Source: a virus
Lineage: Duplodnaviria > Caudoviricetes
Reading direction: 5' to 3' (one strand)
DNA length: 63,009 bases
Virus record (IMG/VR): IMGVR_UViG_3300036774_000098
Location: 1-63,009 of that record
How positions within the stretch are numbered: the first letter of the stretch is position 1; each line of letters starts with the position of its first letter. Made by a program: the position numbers and the translations under genes. The notes below the pieces were generated by a model. The model saw nothing but the letters and a program-made list of their open reading frames with translations, did no database searches and was not told the DNA's origin. Shown piece by piece: positions 29,401 through 39,012 of the stretch.

Positions 29401-29644
29401 GAAGCATGGAGGCTACGACAACAACAGATATGTCAGCGATCTGAAGATGACGAGGTCCTGGAGAGGCACTCCTGATGGTGATGGGATGTATCTGGTAGAT
29501 CATGTTGGCAATCCCGTGATCACCATGAAAGGTGACAAGGCTGATTTGGTCAGAGTTACATTCGACAGGCCGAGGCATAGCATATCCAACGCCAGTCCTC
29601 TCGGCAGGGCTCCTGATCTGTTCTTCGAAGCCCTGGGGGATTAA
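26429..29644 (+). CDS. Internal virion protein with lytic transglycosylase (SLT) domain
   Basis: GV..DLL...A.FESSG, YKGVFQL, N..AAA, LYLIHQQG at about 27460-27990. Confidence 0.8.
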   Translation: MADNINYTGAPEIGPKIDPGGGFNINATPDSFGASAFSAIHKLGQTGFDAVVKQQELANDIEHNKMALDMSQKFSEEWEKMASKTGKAAHDYLPTFQGNLRQLYNDAVNGAPNPAIKEKLASTMFRDVDRWSNHGSTYAGTQLRQAHNEVHTQALEDNVNKVELMREQPIPDILEQVQHGTGGLGGLDSVRERLHSSGIDPYDKDGKEIPDNMATYRAEEAKYWGKAVGPTIETLSDNWENGPKGRADLKKAEELFKQTRDRMDAKTANLIEKRLQPKLDKAAVAEMADAKHPIPDEAGYYPTTAAGQRRAMLDSTPSRENAQRMGIAQPAAGGPYRGPALPASTNQAIDKASAATGVSADLLKTFANFESSGRHGEQTGRYKGVFQLSDEEFKLHGKGDIFNVEDNTMAAARKIKADTASFRLATGRDATPFDLYLIHQQGPAGAPAHVNNPSGVAWKNVLPFYTDAEAHRRGFESGEAMAKAAIWGNVPTDQRAKFPGGVDSLTSGQFMDMWRGKFERMTGGAQPAAGGAQPGQPQDNLLAPGGMTRSQLRENNLIEAKRAFPDNPVRQHLYNIELNRRAVVEKTNLSGERNFVDATMKDFDLRVSKGLPGLTLESTGLTEDRIRAAHKDKPWVAEHIIESFRLQSANADKLASMKFAPKEDWDAYLRDASNGLGIDTAIKAHREKSGSTSAFDVGANPEARGEILANDFAIKEKVAATARKAYSDHMEEIKKDPAGYLITYGNPAIMKAKKAVDEAGNDPAKRDSAFREYVSKLQSAQLQMGVPEDKVRVLTNAKAEQTVADIMKSDNPKRDLDVMKSTYGSQFQSIFRDLVQHGKLPSKFEALTELDNQNANLLAGRIKAEATEKGNEHRRQMETLLGDKRGKIAKTVRDNDTTKDWMLSMAYRQVGDPQRAEVHNTVNMLAEARVLELGEDVSTASDNAVKAFTKGLKFTKDHVAIPTDKYEGVMAEANDHVNFLDPNSIVVPAAMKHGGYDNNRYVSDLKMTRSWRGTPDGDGMYLVDHVGNPVITMKGDKADLVRVTFDRPRHSISNASPLGRAPDLFFEALGD

Positions 29645-29646
29645 CC

Positions 29647-32600
29647 ATGTACCCGATGATCAGAGACGACTTCGGAACGAAGGACACGCCTGAAGCCGCA
29701 GAGGAACGCCTCAAGCAGGAGCCTGTAGGCGCTGGCGAAGCGCTCGCATCACAGGCCGGGCAGACGACCGGCGACGTCATGCGCTTCGTCAAGCACAAGC
29801 TCGAGCCTGAGCCCTTCTTCCAGGAGGGACACATAAAGAGCCCGGAGGAGCTGAACAAGGAGTACGGCCTCAAGGGTGAGAACCAGTTCAAAAACTACAT
29901 GAACGAGAACACCGCCTCCGAGATGGTCGACGCCCTGCACAAGCGGCAGAAGGCGGAGGAGGTCTACGCCCGGTTCTCGGAGCAGCACAGTTACCTGTCG
30001 CGTCTCGGCATCGGCTTCGTCGGCTCCATGCTCGATCCGATCGAAGCCGCCGCCATGTTCGTCCCAGGCGTCGGCGAGGAGCGGATCGCCTACAAGCTCG
30101 CCACCATGGGCTACGGCAAGCAGGCCGCCGCGTTCATGAGCAAGGTCGGAGCAGGCGCCACAGCGGGCATGGCCGGGGCCACGGCCCTGGAGCCCCTGAA
30201 GGCCATCATGTCCGAGGACGAGCTCAAGGAGTGGCATCTCCGCGACGCCCTGACGGATGTGTTCGCCGCTGCCCCTGCGGGCGCCCTGATGCACGCCGGG
30301 CTGGTCCCCGCGGCTGCTCACGCGGCGTCTTATGTGCATGGCGTCAAGCCTGAGCCCTATGTCCGCGATTACTCGTTTTGGGATAAGGACGAGACCACAT
30401 CGGAAGAGATGGCTCGGCAGGTGCAGCTCGGGGTCAAGGGCGGCGTCGAGACAGCCTTCGACAAAGAGCTGGCGAAGCAGCCTCCGTCGTTCGGCCACAT
30501 CGACGAGCTCGCCAGGATGAGCGCCATCGAGAACCATATCTTCAAGTCGTCGACGTTCGCCCAGCTCCTGACCGGCAAGGAGCCTAACGCTGGCGAGCAC
30601 CTGTTCCCCGATCACAGCGAGCAGGCCCGCCGCCTCGCGCCGGAAGCCCACGCCGAGTGGGACAAGCTGCAGGAGGAGCTGAACAGCATATCGGCCGAGC
30701 ACACCTGGGGAGCCAAGCCTACCCCCGATCAATTGAACGATCCGGCCTGGAAGCTCGAGCAGGAGCTCCGCGAGCACACGAAGGACATCCTCCCGGTCTC
30801 CTGGGACCTGCGCGTCGCCGCTGGTGAAGACCCAACAGTAGCTTCGATAGAAAGCGCTCCTCCAGAGGCTAAGGAAGCCGTTGCGAAATCTGGGGAGCCA
30901 GATTGGCTCCAGGTCCATCAGCAGACGATCAAACCAAGAGGGGCTACCAGTGAGCAGATCGCTGAAGCCCAGTCAGAAGTTGCCCGTCTTCATGCTCATG
31001 ATGAGCGTTACAAGGAGGCGCAGAAAGCTCCGTCCAGCCTTGCTGCCTCTGAGGTGTCGTATCAGAAGACTCTTAGGGAAAGCATAGCCAGACGTAAGGA
31101 AAAAATATCTGGCAATCTAGAAGACCTTTACAAAAAACATAATGAAGAAATGGAACTCCTAAGGAAAGATAAGGGGGAACTCCAGCACGACCGAAAGGTC
31201 GCAATGAATGAGTACGATAACCATCTCGCAGATGGCGAGGAGGGTATTGTGCCAATGGATGACAAATTCTACGCAAAAGAGAAGGAGCTTGGAGAAAAGC
31301 TTCGTACCGTAACAAAAGCGTTTGAGAATAAAAACACATCATACGAAGAGTCCATGTTCAAATCGGCAACGATGGACATGATCCGCACTCTTGAAAATGT
31401 TTTGCGCATGGTCGATAGAGAAATCGATCTGATTGCCGACGCCGAAGTCGCTACGCCTATTGACGTCAGCGAGGCGAGAAAAATTGAGAGCATAGGCAGG
31501 GATGAGGAGCACCAAGGCAAGGTCCTCGCCTATCATGGGACATCGTCTGACGTCTTTTTCCAGAGGTTTAAGATCAAGCCGTTCGCTCACATCGGTCTGC
31601 ATTTTGGGACAGTGGAGCAGGCAAGAGAATTCACCCCGCATAAGGGTCTCCATGAATACACGGACCCAGAGCATAGGTTGGACCTGGAGAGCCACCTTGA
31701 GCAGACTGGGAGCCTACCAAGAGTGTACCCAGTCGTTCTCGATCTAAAAAATGTTATCGAGATGCCTGATCTTGGTTCTTGGGATCCATACGACTCCATG
31801 GAAAATATTAAGGAACATCTTTCTCTAGAACAATATAAAGTCCTGGAAGACAAGATGAATAAAATATACGGCATAAAAGATGGCACGACTGGGTCTAATG
31901 CTACCTACCATTTCATTGATGATTTGGTAAAGCAGAATAAGTTAACTGCTGAAGCTGCCAGAAAGTTAAAGTTCTATTCCAATGATGTCACTTCAGTTCT
32001 TGATGATCTTACAAGAGAGATAGAATACGCAGAGACAAAAGCTGATAAAATAAAATACCAGAAAATGCAAAGAGAGATCAGTGGTGTCGCTGACTTGATC
32101 CATGAGTTTAAAGAGTCGTTTCCCAAACCGTTCAGCTCAGAAGAAAAAATACCTGCTGGACAACAACTCATCCGGGACGCCCTTAGCGAAGCTGGGTATG
32201 ACGGTATACGCTACAGGAACGCCCAAGAGGGGGAAGGGTGGTCTTATATCGTCTGGAAAGAGGGGACAGTGAAGTCTGCCCTGTCTGGACTTCAGATGTT
32301 CAACCGTGGTGAGAAGGGCTCTATAGCTGGCATGGCTGACCCTGCTAAACGCACGGCGTGGATCAGCGCTATGGCTGTCGATCCCAAGCTCGTCGCCCGC
32401 GAGGAGTCTGGCCACGCCATCAAGGCGTCTGGCCTCTTCAAGCCCGGAGAGTGGGGCATCCTGCACGACGCAGCCATCAACCAGGATTGGCTGAGTGACA
32501 TCCCGAAAGACATCCGGGACAAATACGCAGAGGATTACGCGCTCCGAGGGGAAAAAGGCGCACGCGAAGCTATGATCGAAGAGGCGATCATGCATCGCTT

Positions 32601-33210
32601 CGCCAAGGGTCCTGAAGCCTGGGGAGAACCCGGAGGCCCGGTCGCCCGGCTTATGGCGCGCATTCGCGAGCTGCTGGAGCGCGTCGGCAACTGGATGACG
32701 TCTCGCGGCTTCAAGTCGGCCAACGACGTTTTTCGCGCCATGGACGAAGGGAAGGTAGCTTCCAGGGACACCATGCCCGCCCACGCGGCCCGGCGCATGG
32801 ATGAGATCAAGGCTCGCATGGAAGAGCTCGAGCCATCGATCAAGGAGGCTTATCAGACGGCCAAGAACAACAGCCCCTACGACATACCCTCTATAGCGAA
32901 CATGCAGCGCACCAGGGCGAGATATGGCGAAGCCCCCGCTATGCCCCAGGGAGAGCTCACTAAGGCCCTGGAACAGATCTACGGCCCCAAGGGAGAGCGC
33001 AAGCTTACCCCTGCCAAGCCCGGAGAGATACCGATAGAACTTCAGCTGGACGAGCAGCGCTTCCAGGCTATGATGGCGGAAGGCTACAAGCCAGATCCTG
33101 ATGAGGTCAATAATCACTTAGAGACACAGCGGGCTCTTCAGGAAGCGATGGCTATGGAGCAGGGATATCAGCAGGCCGCAGAGTGCCTGATCATGGCGGG
33201 TATGAGATGA
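29647..33210 (+). CDS. Large internal virion polyvalent-type protein with ART-like domain
   Basis: LDPI..A..F; AYHGT...GLHFGT...VYPVVL...GYDGIRY.N..EG..SYIV; degenerate metallopeptidase-like REESGH...EEA. Confidence 0.7.
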   Translation: MYPMIRDDFGTKDTPEAAEERLKQEPVGAGEALASQAGQTTGDVMRFVKHKLEPEPFFQEGHIKSPEELNKEYGLKGENQFKNYMNENTASEMVDALHKRQKAEEVYARFSEQHSYLSRLGIGFVGSMLDPIEAAAMFVPGVGEERIAYKLATMGYGKQAAAFMSKVGAGATAGMAGATALEPLKAIMSEDELKEWHLRDALTDVFAAAPAGALMHAGLVPAAAHAASYVHGVKPEPYVRDYSFWDKDETTSEEMARQVQLGVKGGVETAFDKELAKQPPSFGHIDELARMSAIENHIFKSSTFAQLLTGKEPNAGEHLFPDHSEQARRLAPEAHAEWDKLQEELNSISAEHTWGAKPTPDQLNDPAWKLEQELREHTKDILPVSWDLRVAAGEDPTVASIESAPPEAKEAVAKSGEPDWLQVHQQTIKPRGATSEQIAEAQSEVARLHAHDERYKEAQKAPSSLAASEVSYQKTLRESIARRKEKISGNLEDLYKKHNEEMELLRKDKGELQHDRKVAMNEYDNHLADGEEGIVPMDDKFYAKEKELGEKLRTVTKAFENKNTSYEESMFKSATMDMIRTLENVLRMVDREIDLIADAEVATPIDVSEARKIESIGRDEEHQGKVLAYHGTSSDVFFQRFKIKPFAHIGLHFGTVEQAREFTPHKGLHEYTDPEHRLDLESHLEQTGSLPRVYPVVLDLKNVIEMPDLGSWDPYDSMENIKEHLSLEQYKVLEDKMNKIYGIKDGTTGSNATYHFIDDLVKQNKLTAEAARKLKFYSNDVTSVLDDLTREIEYAETKADKIKYQKMQREISGVADLIHEFKESFPKPFSSEEKIPAGQQLIRDALSEAGYDGIRYRNAQEGEGWSYIVWKEGTVKSALSGLQMFNRGEKGSIAGMADPAKRTAWISAMAVDPKLVAREESGHAIKASGLFKPGEWGILHDAAINQDWLSDIPKDIRDKYAEDYALRGEKGAREAMIEEAIMHRFAKGPEAWGEPGGPVARLMARIRELLERVGNWMTSRGFKSANDVFRAMDEGKVASRDTMPAHAARRMDEIKARMEELEPSIKEAYQTAKNNSPYDIPSIANMQRTRARYGEAPAMPQGELTKALEQIYGPKGERKLTPAKPGEIPIELQLDEQRFQAMMAEGYKPDPDEVNNHLETQRALQEAMAMEQGYQQAAECLIMAGMR

Positions 33211-36200
33211 AGCTAAAGCCGGAAGCCTTTGGGCCGTGCATCCAGAAGATCGTCGACAAGGCCGGCGTCAATAACAAAGCCGCCATGGCTCTTATCAACG
33301 AGGTCGCTGGAGAGGCCCAGAAGTTCAAGCAGCGCGGCGAGGCCGATCCTTACGGCATGGCCGCTCGCCAGTTCGCTGACAGGATGAAGGACAAGGCCGT
33401 CAAGGACCGCAGCGACGCGATCCGCGATTCCATAATCCGCAAGGGCCTACTCGACGACGTCAAGGCCAACGGGTTGGATCATGCTGCTTTGACCCTGGAG
33501 TCCGCCATGGTCAACATCAACACGCGCCTCGGGCAGATGCGGGCTCCCCTGGAAGAGGTCGGCCAGGGGCTTGCCCACCGCTGGATGACGGCCATCGACG
33601 TCGAGATGCATAAGGCCGGGATGGGCAAAGCCTATGATAGCGGCGCGCTCGACAAAGAGATCGCCAGGGAGTTATGGAAACTCTCTCAGGTTGGCCCGAA
33701 GAAGCCTCCGTCTGACGCCATCGCCAAGGCCGCGTTCATCATCAACGGCCCGCTCTATGAAGCTGGCGAACGCCTGAAGAACGGCGGAGCCAAGTTCGAC
33801 CACGCTATCGACTACATCACGCGGACAAAACACGATCCCCGCCAGATGCAGGATGCCGGGTTCGACGCGTGGTGGAAAGCCACGGAGCCGCGCCTGCATG
33901 AACGCACCTGGGAGAGCCTCCGCCTGCTGACTGACGAGGAAGGCAACCCCACGGAGACGCTGGCCGAGGGCAAGCTCCGCTTTGCCAAGAGAACCTACAA
34001 CGCCCTGCTGGCCGGCATCCACGGCATCCACGGCGAGAGCTATGGCCCGGAAGGGGACGGCTACATTCCGCCAGCCTTCGAGGGCGCCCGCAACATCGCC
34101 AAGAGCCACAGCCACGACCGCGTCCTTTTCTGGAAGGACAGCGACGCGTGGCTCGATCACATGCGCGAGTTCGGCGGCATGACGACGCTGGCCCGCTCAG
34201 TCCACGAGACCCTGCTCACGGCGTCCAGGCACGTGGCGCTCATGGATCGGTTCGGGACCAATCCGATGGGGTCGCTCAATATGCTGATCCGTCAAATTCA
34301 GGAGCACTATCGGGACATAGACCCTCTCAAGGTCAACGAGTTCACGGCCAAGGCCGATCACCTGCGCAATGTCATGGCGCAGCTCGACGGCACCGCCAAC
34401 CTCCCTCATAACCGGGACTGGAACAATCTCGTCAACACCTTGAAGAACATCGAGAATGCGTCGATGCTCGGAGCTGTGGGCCTGACCCACTTCTCGGCGC
34501 TGCCGATCACCATGTCCAGTCTTGCTCCTCATTATGACATCAGCCGCTTCGAACTGTTCCTTAATAATCTGAAGTATCTGACCCAGGGAGCTATGTCTGG
34601 CGAAGAGAACATGGAGGTCATGAAGGACGCTGGGGCGTTTACTCACGGAACTCTGGCATACCATTGGAGCCAGTTCAAGTCGAGCCCTACAATTCCAGGC
34701 AAGGTTTCCGCCATCGCCGCCTTGACGCTGAAAGCCACCGGCCTGAACTACGTCCTGGAGCAGAGCCAGAACGGCTTTCGTCACCTCTTGATGCACAAGA
34801 TCGGCCGGGACCTGGACAAGACGTATGGCGACCTCGATCCCCTGCTGAGAGACAACCTCGCCAAATACCACATTAACGAGAGGGAATGGAACCTCCTCCA
34901 GGAGGTGAAGGACTCGATGATGTCCGTCGAGGACCGGCGCTACGCCACCCCGAAGGACTTCTACAGCTTGAACGACGCCAAGATCGACGAGCACAACAAG
35001 GACGCCATCTCCGCGCTCAAGCAGAACATCGAGGACCAGCGTCAGGCCCATAAGCAGGCAGACGCCAGGGAAGAGGGCTGGGCGAAGGACAGGCTGGAAA
35101 ACATCGACGAGCGGCTGGCCGAGCTCCGCGCGGGCGTAGAGAAGCGCCACGCCGCCCGTGGAGTGAAAGAGGATAAGCTCCGCGACTACTTCAACGACCG
35201 CGACCTGGAGATGCGCGAGCGCATGAGAGCGGCCCGGCTCGCTCAGGGGCGGCTCCATGACGTCATCAATATGGGGACGAAGGAGGACATCCGCCAGCAC
35301 CTCGACGAGATCAGGCAGGCCATGGAGGGCGAACGCGAGCGCATGGCGGCTGGAGAGGAGCCTGACCTGGACAGTCTCTTCCATGACATCAGCCTGGAAG
35401 AGATCAACAAGGCCGGTGAGGGGGCCGACAGGAACGTCGAAGAGCACACCCGCATCCTGAGCAAGCTTGCCCAGAACTATGGCAGGCTCAGCCTGCGCAT
35501 GGACCAGCGCATCCGGGCGATAGCCGCCCAGGCCAAAGAGAAGTTTGACCACATGGACGACATGGCCATCAAAGACGTTCTCGGCCTGAAGGTCAAGTAC
35601 GACAAGATGGTCTCCGACGTCCAGGAAGCGGCTGGCAGGATGGAGCACCGCATCTGGCAGAGAGCCGAGAAGCTCGAGGCCATGGAGAAGCTGCTCCCAG
35701 ACCAGATCGCCAAGATGCGCCAGCAGACGCGCTGGCAGCTCGCTGACAACTATGCGGCGTTCATCGCCCATGCAGGCAAGACCGCCACCGTCGCGGCCGG
35801 GGCGCGCGAACGGGCATGGGTCGCCGGGGCTATCGGCACAAGCCCTATGGCGAAGATGATGATGCAGTTCAAGATGTGGCCGCTGGCCGTGGTGAACCAA
35901 GTTCACGGCAGGGAGCTGTACTCATCTCTGAGCAGCACACAGAAGGCCGCCAACATCGGCTGGCTCCTGGCGTTCTCCGCTGCTGGCGGCATGTTCCGCA
36001 TGGCCGTCCGGGACGCCACCAACGGAATGCCCCAGCGCGATCCCATGGACCCGAAGACCCTCATGGCCGCTCTGATGCAGGGCGGAGGCATCGGGCTCTC
36101 CGGGGACTTCCTGCTCGGTGAGACCAACCGCATGGGCGGCGGGCTGATGGACACCGTCGCTGGCCCAGTTGCTGGAGACGTTGCTGCGCTGTTCAAGATC

Positions 36201-36482
36201 TTCCAGCGCACCAGAGACGACACGTTCAAGCTTGGAGAAGAGACTGTGAACGGTAAGGGCCATTACGCTGACATCTGGCCCGACCTGATTCACTTCACCA
36301 AGGGGCACATACCTGGAGCCAACATGATCGGGCTCAAGACAGCTATGGATTACCTCATCTGGTATCATCTCTACGAGGCCGCGTCTCCTGGGTATTGGAA
36401 GCGCATGAACGATCGCATGGAGAAAGAGCGCGGGAGAAGAGCGTTATTCGGTAATCGTGACAAGCCTCCGAGCTTGTTCTGA
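33207..36482 (+). CDS. Large internal virion (ejection) protein
   Basis: R.LFWKD.D.W..., FG.NP, QFKMWP, GGG.G..GDFL, GP; position before the tail fibre. Confidence 0.8.
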   Translation: MKLKPEAFGPCIQKIVDKAGVNNKAAMALINEVAGEAQKFKQRGEADPYGMAARQFADRMKDKAVKDRSDAIRDSIIRKGLLDDVKANGLDHAALTLESAMVNINTRLGQMRAPLEEVGQGLAHRWMTAIDVEMHKAGMGKAYDSGALDKEIARELWKLSQVGPKKPPSDAIAKAAFIINGPLYEAGERLKNGGAKFDHAIDYITRTKHDPRQMQDAGFDAWWKATEPRLHERTWESLRLLTDEEGNPTETLAEGKLRFAKRTYNALLAGIHGIHGESYGPEGDGYIPPAFEGARNIAKSHSHDRVLFWKDSDAWLDHMREFGGMTTLARSVHETLLTASRHVALMDRFGTNPMGSLNMLIRQIQEHYRDIDPLKVNEFTAKADHLRNVMAQLDGTANLPHNRDWNNLVNTLKNIENASMLGAVGLTHFSALPITMSSLAPHYDISRFELFLNNLKYLTQGAMSGEENMEVMKDAGAFTHGTLAYHWSQFKSSPTIPGKVSAIAALTLKATGLNYVLEQSQNGFRHLLMHKIGRDLDKTYGDLDPLLRDNLAKYHINEREWNLLQEVKDSMMSVEDRRYATPKDFYSLNDAKIDEHNKDAISALKQNIEDQRQAHKQADAREEGWAKDRLENIDERLAELRAGVEKRHAARGVKEDKLRDYFNDRDLEMRERMRAARLAQGRLHDVINMGTKEDIRQHLDEIRQAMEGERERMAAGEEPDLDSLFHDISLEEINKAGEGADRNVEEHTRILSKLAQNYGRLSLRMDQRIRAIAAQAKEKFDHMDDMAIKDVLGLKVKYDKMVSDVQEAAGRMEHRIWQRAEKLEAMEKLLPDQIAKMRQQTRWQLADNYAAFIAHAGKTATVAAGARERAWVAGAIGTSPMAKMMMQFKMWPLAVVNQVHGRELYSSLSSTQKAANIGWLLAFSAAGGMFRMAVRDATNGMPQRDPMDPKTLMAALMQGGGIGLSGDFLLGETNRMGGGLMDTVAGPVAGDVAALFKIFQRTRDDTFKLGEETVNGKGHYADIWPDLIHFTKGHIPGANMIGLKTAMDYLIWYHLYEAASPGYWKRMNDRMEKERGRRALFGNRDKPPSLF

Positions 36483-36525
36483 TTTTGATTTCGTTGTACG
36501 TTCTGCATAATGCAAATGGAGATCG

Positions 36526-38580
36526 GTGATGACCGTTTCAAGCCAGACCAATAAAGTCGTCATAGCAGGAAACGGCGTCACCACCGTCTTCAGCTATAAC
36601 TTCCAGATCAATAACGCCGCCGACGCTCAGGTCATTTACACTGACTCTACAGGCGTATCTACAACTCTGTCGTCCACGCTGTATTCGATCAGCGGTCTGA
36701 CCTCGCCAACTGGCGGCACGGTCACCTACCCGCTGGTCGGCTCTCCCATTGCCACCGGCACGTCGCTGACGATCACCCGCCAGCTCACGCTGACGCAGCC
36801 GACGTCCATCGCCAACCAGGGAGCATTCTACCCCACGGCGGTGGAGAGCGCCATCGACCGCGCCGTCATGGAGATCCAGCAGGTCAGCGAGCAGATCGGG
36901 CGCACCCTCACGGCTCCGATCACCGACGCCACGGCGATGACGTCTCTGCCGTCGGCGACTGCGCGCGCCAACAAGGCCCTGGTGTTCGACGCCTCGGGCA
37001 ACCCCACCGCTGGCGTCCTCCCGGCCTCTGGCGTCATCTCCTCGGCTATGGCCCCAGTTGTCAGCGCGGCGTCGCTCGGCGCTGGCAGGACTGCGTTCGG
37101 CCTCGGCGGCCTCGCCGTAGAAGGGATCGGCAAGGGCCTCCAGGACGACGGCGCCGGGAACGCCCGCGTCAACTTCATCACCGAAGCCAAGGTCGCCAAC
37201 TATCTGGTCACCTCAGCCGACCACCTCGAGCGCTACATCGTCACCGGCCCCATAACGTTCACCCTGCCAGCCACTTCCACCTTGTGGAACGGCTTCGAAC
37301 TCATGGTCGATGTCTACGGCGGGTCGCTCAACCTGACGCCGAACGCCGCCGACTCCGTCGAGACCAACGCCACGGGCGTCGGCACCTACATCCCGAACGG
37401 CGGCAAGGCCTACATCGGCACGAACGGCGCCGGGACATGGTATGTCCGCAGGGCGAGGACCACCCAGTCGGCTGTCGTCCCTGGCGGCTACATCACGCCA
37501 GCGTCCGGCTACACGACGCCATATTACGACGTCATCTCGGCGACCACGATCTATTACACCCCGGACTCGAGCGGCATCGTCCCGGTCTACGACGGAGCCG
37601 TCTGGGTGGAGTATCCGTTCTCCGAGCTGTCCTGCGCCCTCAACGCGACGCAGCAGCTCGCCAGCTCCGCTCATGACGTCTTCATCACCATCGTCAACGG
37701 GGCTCCCACCCTGGTGATCGGCCCGGCCTGGAGGCAACCTGGGTTCGGCGGCGGAACGGGCGGCGTCACATCGGCGACCAACGCCACGCCCATCGTTGTC
37801 ACCGCGACCGGCCATGGGCTCGTCAATGGCGACGTCGTTTACACAACGGGCTTCCAGGGCAACATCGCAGCGAACGGTGTCTTCGCCGTGTCAGGCGTCG
37901 CCGGGGCGGCGTTCACCCTGACCGGCTCCGTCGGCAACGGCGTCTACACGGCGGGCACCGGGACATTCGCGTCACGCGGTAACGGAACCGGCACGACCCA
38001 GTTGACGCGCGTCGGCGGCATCTACACCAACACCGTCCAGATCACGGCGTACAACGGCGTCACCCCTTATACGATCAACCCTGGCCTCGCCACCTATGTC
38101 GGCTCCATCGTCATGGACGGCGTCGCCGGGCAGATCTCCTGCTACCGTTCGTTTGGTCAGAACCGCAAGTGGGCGATCTGGAACGCCTTCAACAGGAAGC
38201 AGATCAACCTCAAGATCGGCGATGGCACAGCGTCCTGGGCCTACAGCACCGCCGCCTGGAGAGCCTCGAACAACACCGCCAACAACTCTGGCTTCGCCTT
38301 CGTCGGTCTGCCAGACGAGGTGATGGACATAAAGTTCACCCAGAAGCTGGCCACCGCTGGACTCACCGGCATTGGCTACGCCAGCGTGGCCGCCCCGTGG
38401 GGGACAGAGGGAGTTCTGTCATCAACGGCTGGTAACGTGGCTGCGTCGCCAACAGCGGCCTTCCAGTCATTCCCGACCATCGGGCTCGTCTCCATCACGT
38501 CCCTGGAGAACGGATCGGTGGCCGGAACCTACTCGGGCTCAGAAGCCCTCATGCTAATGTCAATCGGTTACAGAGGTTGA
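36526..38580 (+). CDS. Tail fibre protein
   Basis: T7 gp17-like N-terminus GNGVTTVF.Y.F, TI.R, E.A.DR..M.IQQ; Gly/Thr-rich body. Confidence 0.85.
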   Translation: MMTVSSQTNKVVIAGNGVTTVFSYNFQINNAADAQVIYTDSTGVSTTLSSTLYSISGLTSPTGGTVTYPLVGSPIATGTSLTITRQLTLTQPTSIANQGAFYPTAVESAIDRAVMEIQQVSEQIGRTLTAPITDATAMTSLPSATARANKALVFDASGNPTAGVLPASGVISSAMAPVVSAASLGAGRTAFGLGGLAVEGIGKGLQDDGAGNARVNFITEAKVANYLVTSADHLERYIVTGPITFTLPATSTLWNGFELMVDVYGGSLNLTPNAADSVETNATGVGTYIPNGGKAYIGTNGAGTWYVRRARTTQSAVVPGGYITPASGYTTPYYDVISATTIYYTPDSSGIVPVYDGAVWVEYPFSELSCALNATQQLASSAHDVFITIVNGAPTLVIGPAWRQPGFGGGTGGVTSATNATPIVVTATGHGLVNGDVVYTTGFQGNIAANGVFAVSGVAGAAFTLTGSVGNGVYTAGTGTFASRGNGTGTTQLTRVGGIYTNTVQITAYNGVTPYTINPGLATYVGSIVMDGVAGQISCYRSFGQNRKWAIWNAFNRKQINLKIGDGTASWAYSTAAWRASNNTANNSGFAFVGLPDEVMDIKFTQKLATAGLTGIGYASVAAPWGTEGVLSSTAGNVAASPTAAFQSFPTIGLVSITSLENGSVAGTYSGSEALMLMSIGYRG

Positions 38581-38581
38581 A

Positions 38582-39010
38582 ATGAAAAGACTTATCGCAG
38601 CCCTGGCTCTGGTCGCCCTGTCGACTCCTGCCCTGGCCCAGAGCGGAGCCCTCTGGCAGCAGGCCGCTGGAGCAAGCCACTACTTCAGCGCGGCGTCGAC
38701 GAACTCCACCCTGGTACAGGCCGGGCCGCGCATTCTGGCAGGCTTCGTGGCGACCAACACCACCACGACCGCCTACTACCTGAAATTCTATGATAAGGCG
38801 ACAGCTCCGACCTGCAACACCGACGTCCCGGTGTTCACCATCGCCGTGCCGAGCCAGCCTGCGGGAACGACCGTTGGCCAGATCAGCGTGTGGCCTTACG
38901 CCGGATTCGCCTTCCTGAACGGCGTCGGTTTCTGCATCACCGGCGCTGCGGCTGACGCCGACAACACCAACGCCGCCACTGGTATTACCCTCTCCCTTGG
39001 AGTGAAGTAA
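38582..39010 (+). CDS. Small beta-rich protein with Sec signal peptide
   Basis: MKRLIAALALVALSTPALA; YLKFYDKATAP; F.NG. Confidence 0.7.
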   Translation: MKRLIAALALVALSTPALAQSGALWQQAAGASHYFSAASTNSTLVQAGPRILAGFVATNTTTTAYYLKFYDKATAPTCNTDVPVFTIAVPSQPAGTTVGQISVWPYAGFAFLNGVGFCITGAAADADNTNAATGITLSLGVK

Positions 39011-39012
39011 GT

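Noticed and set aside
36526-38580. Diversity-generating retroelement, suggested by the BPP-1-like virion genes
   Set aside because: No reverse transcriptase and no TR/VR repeat pair seen.
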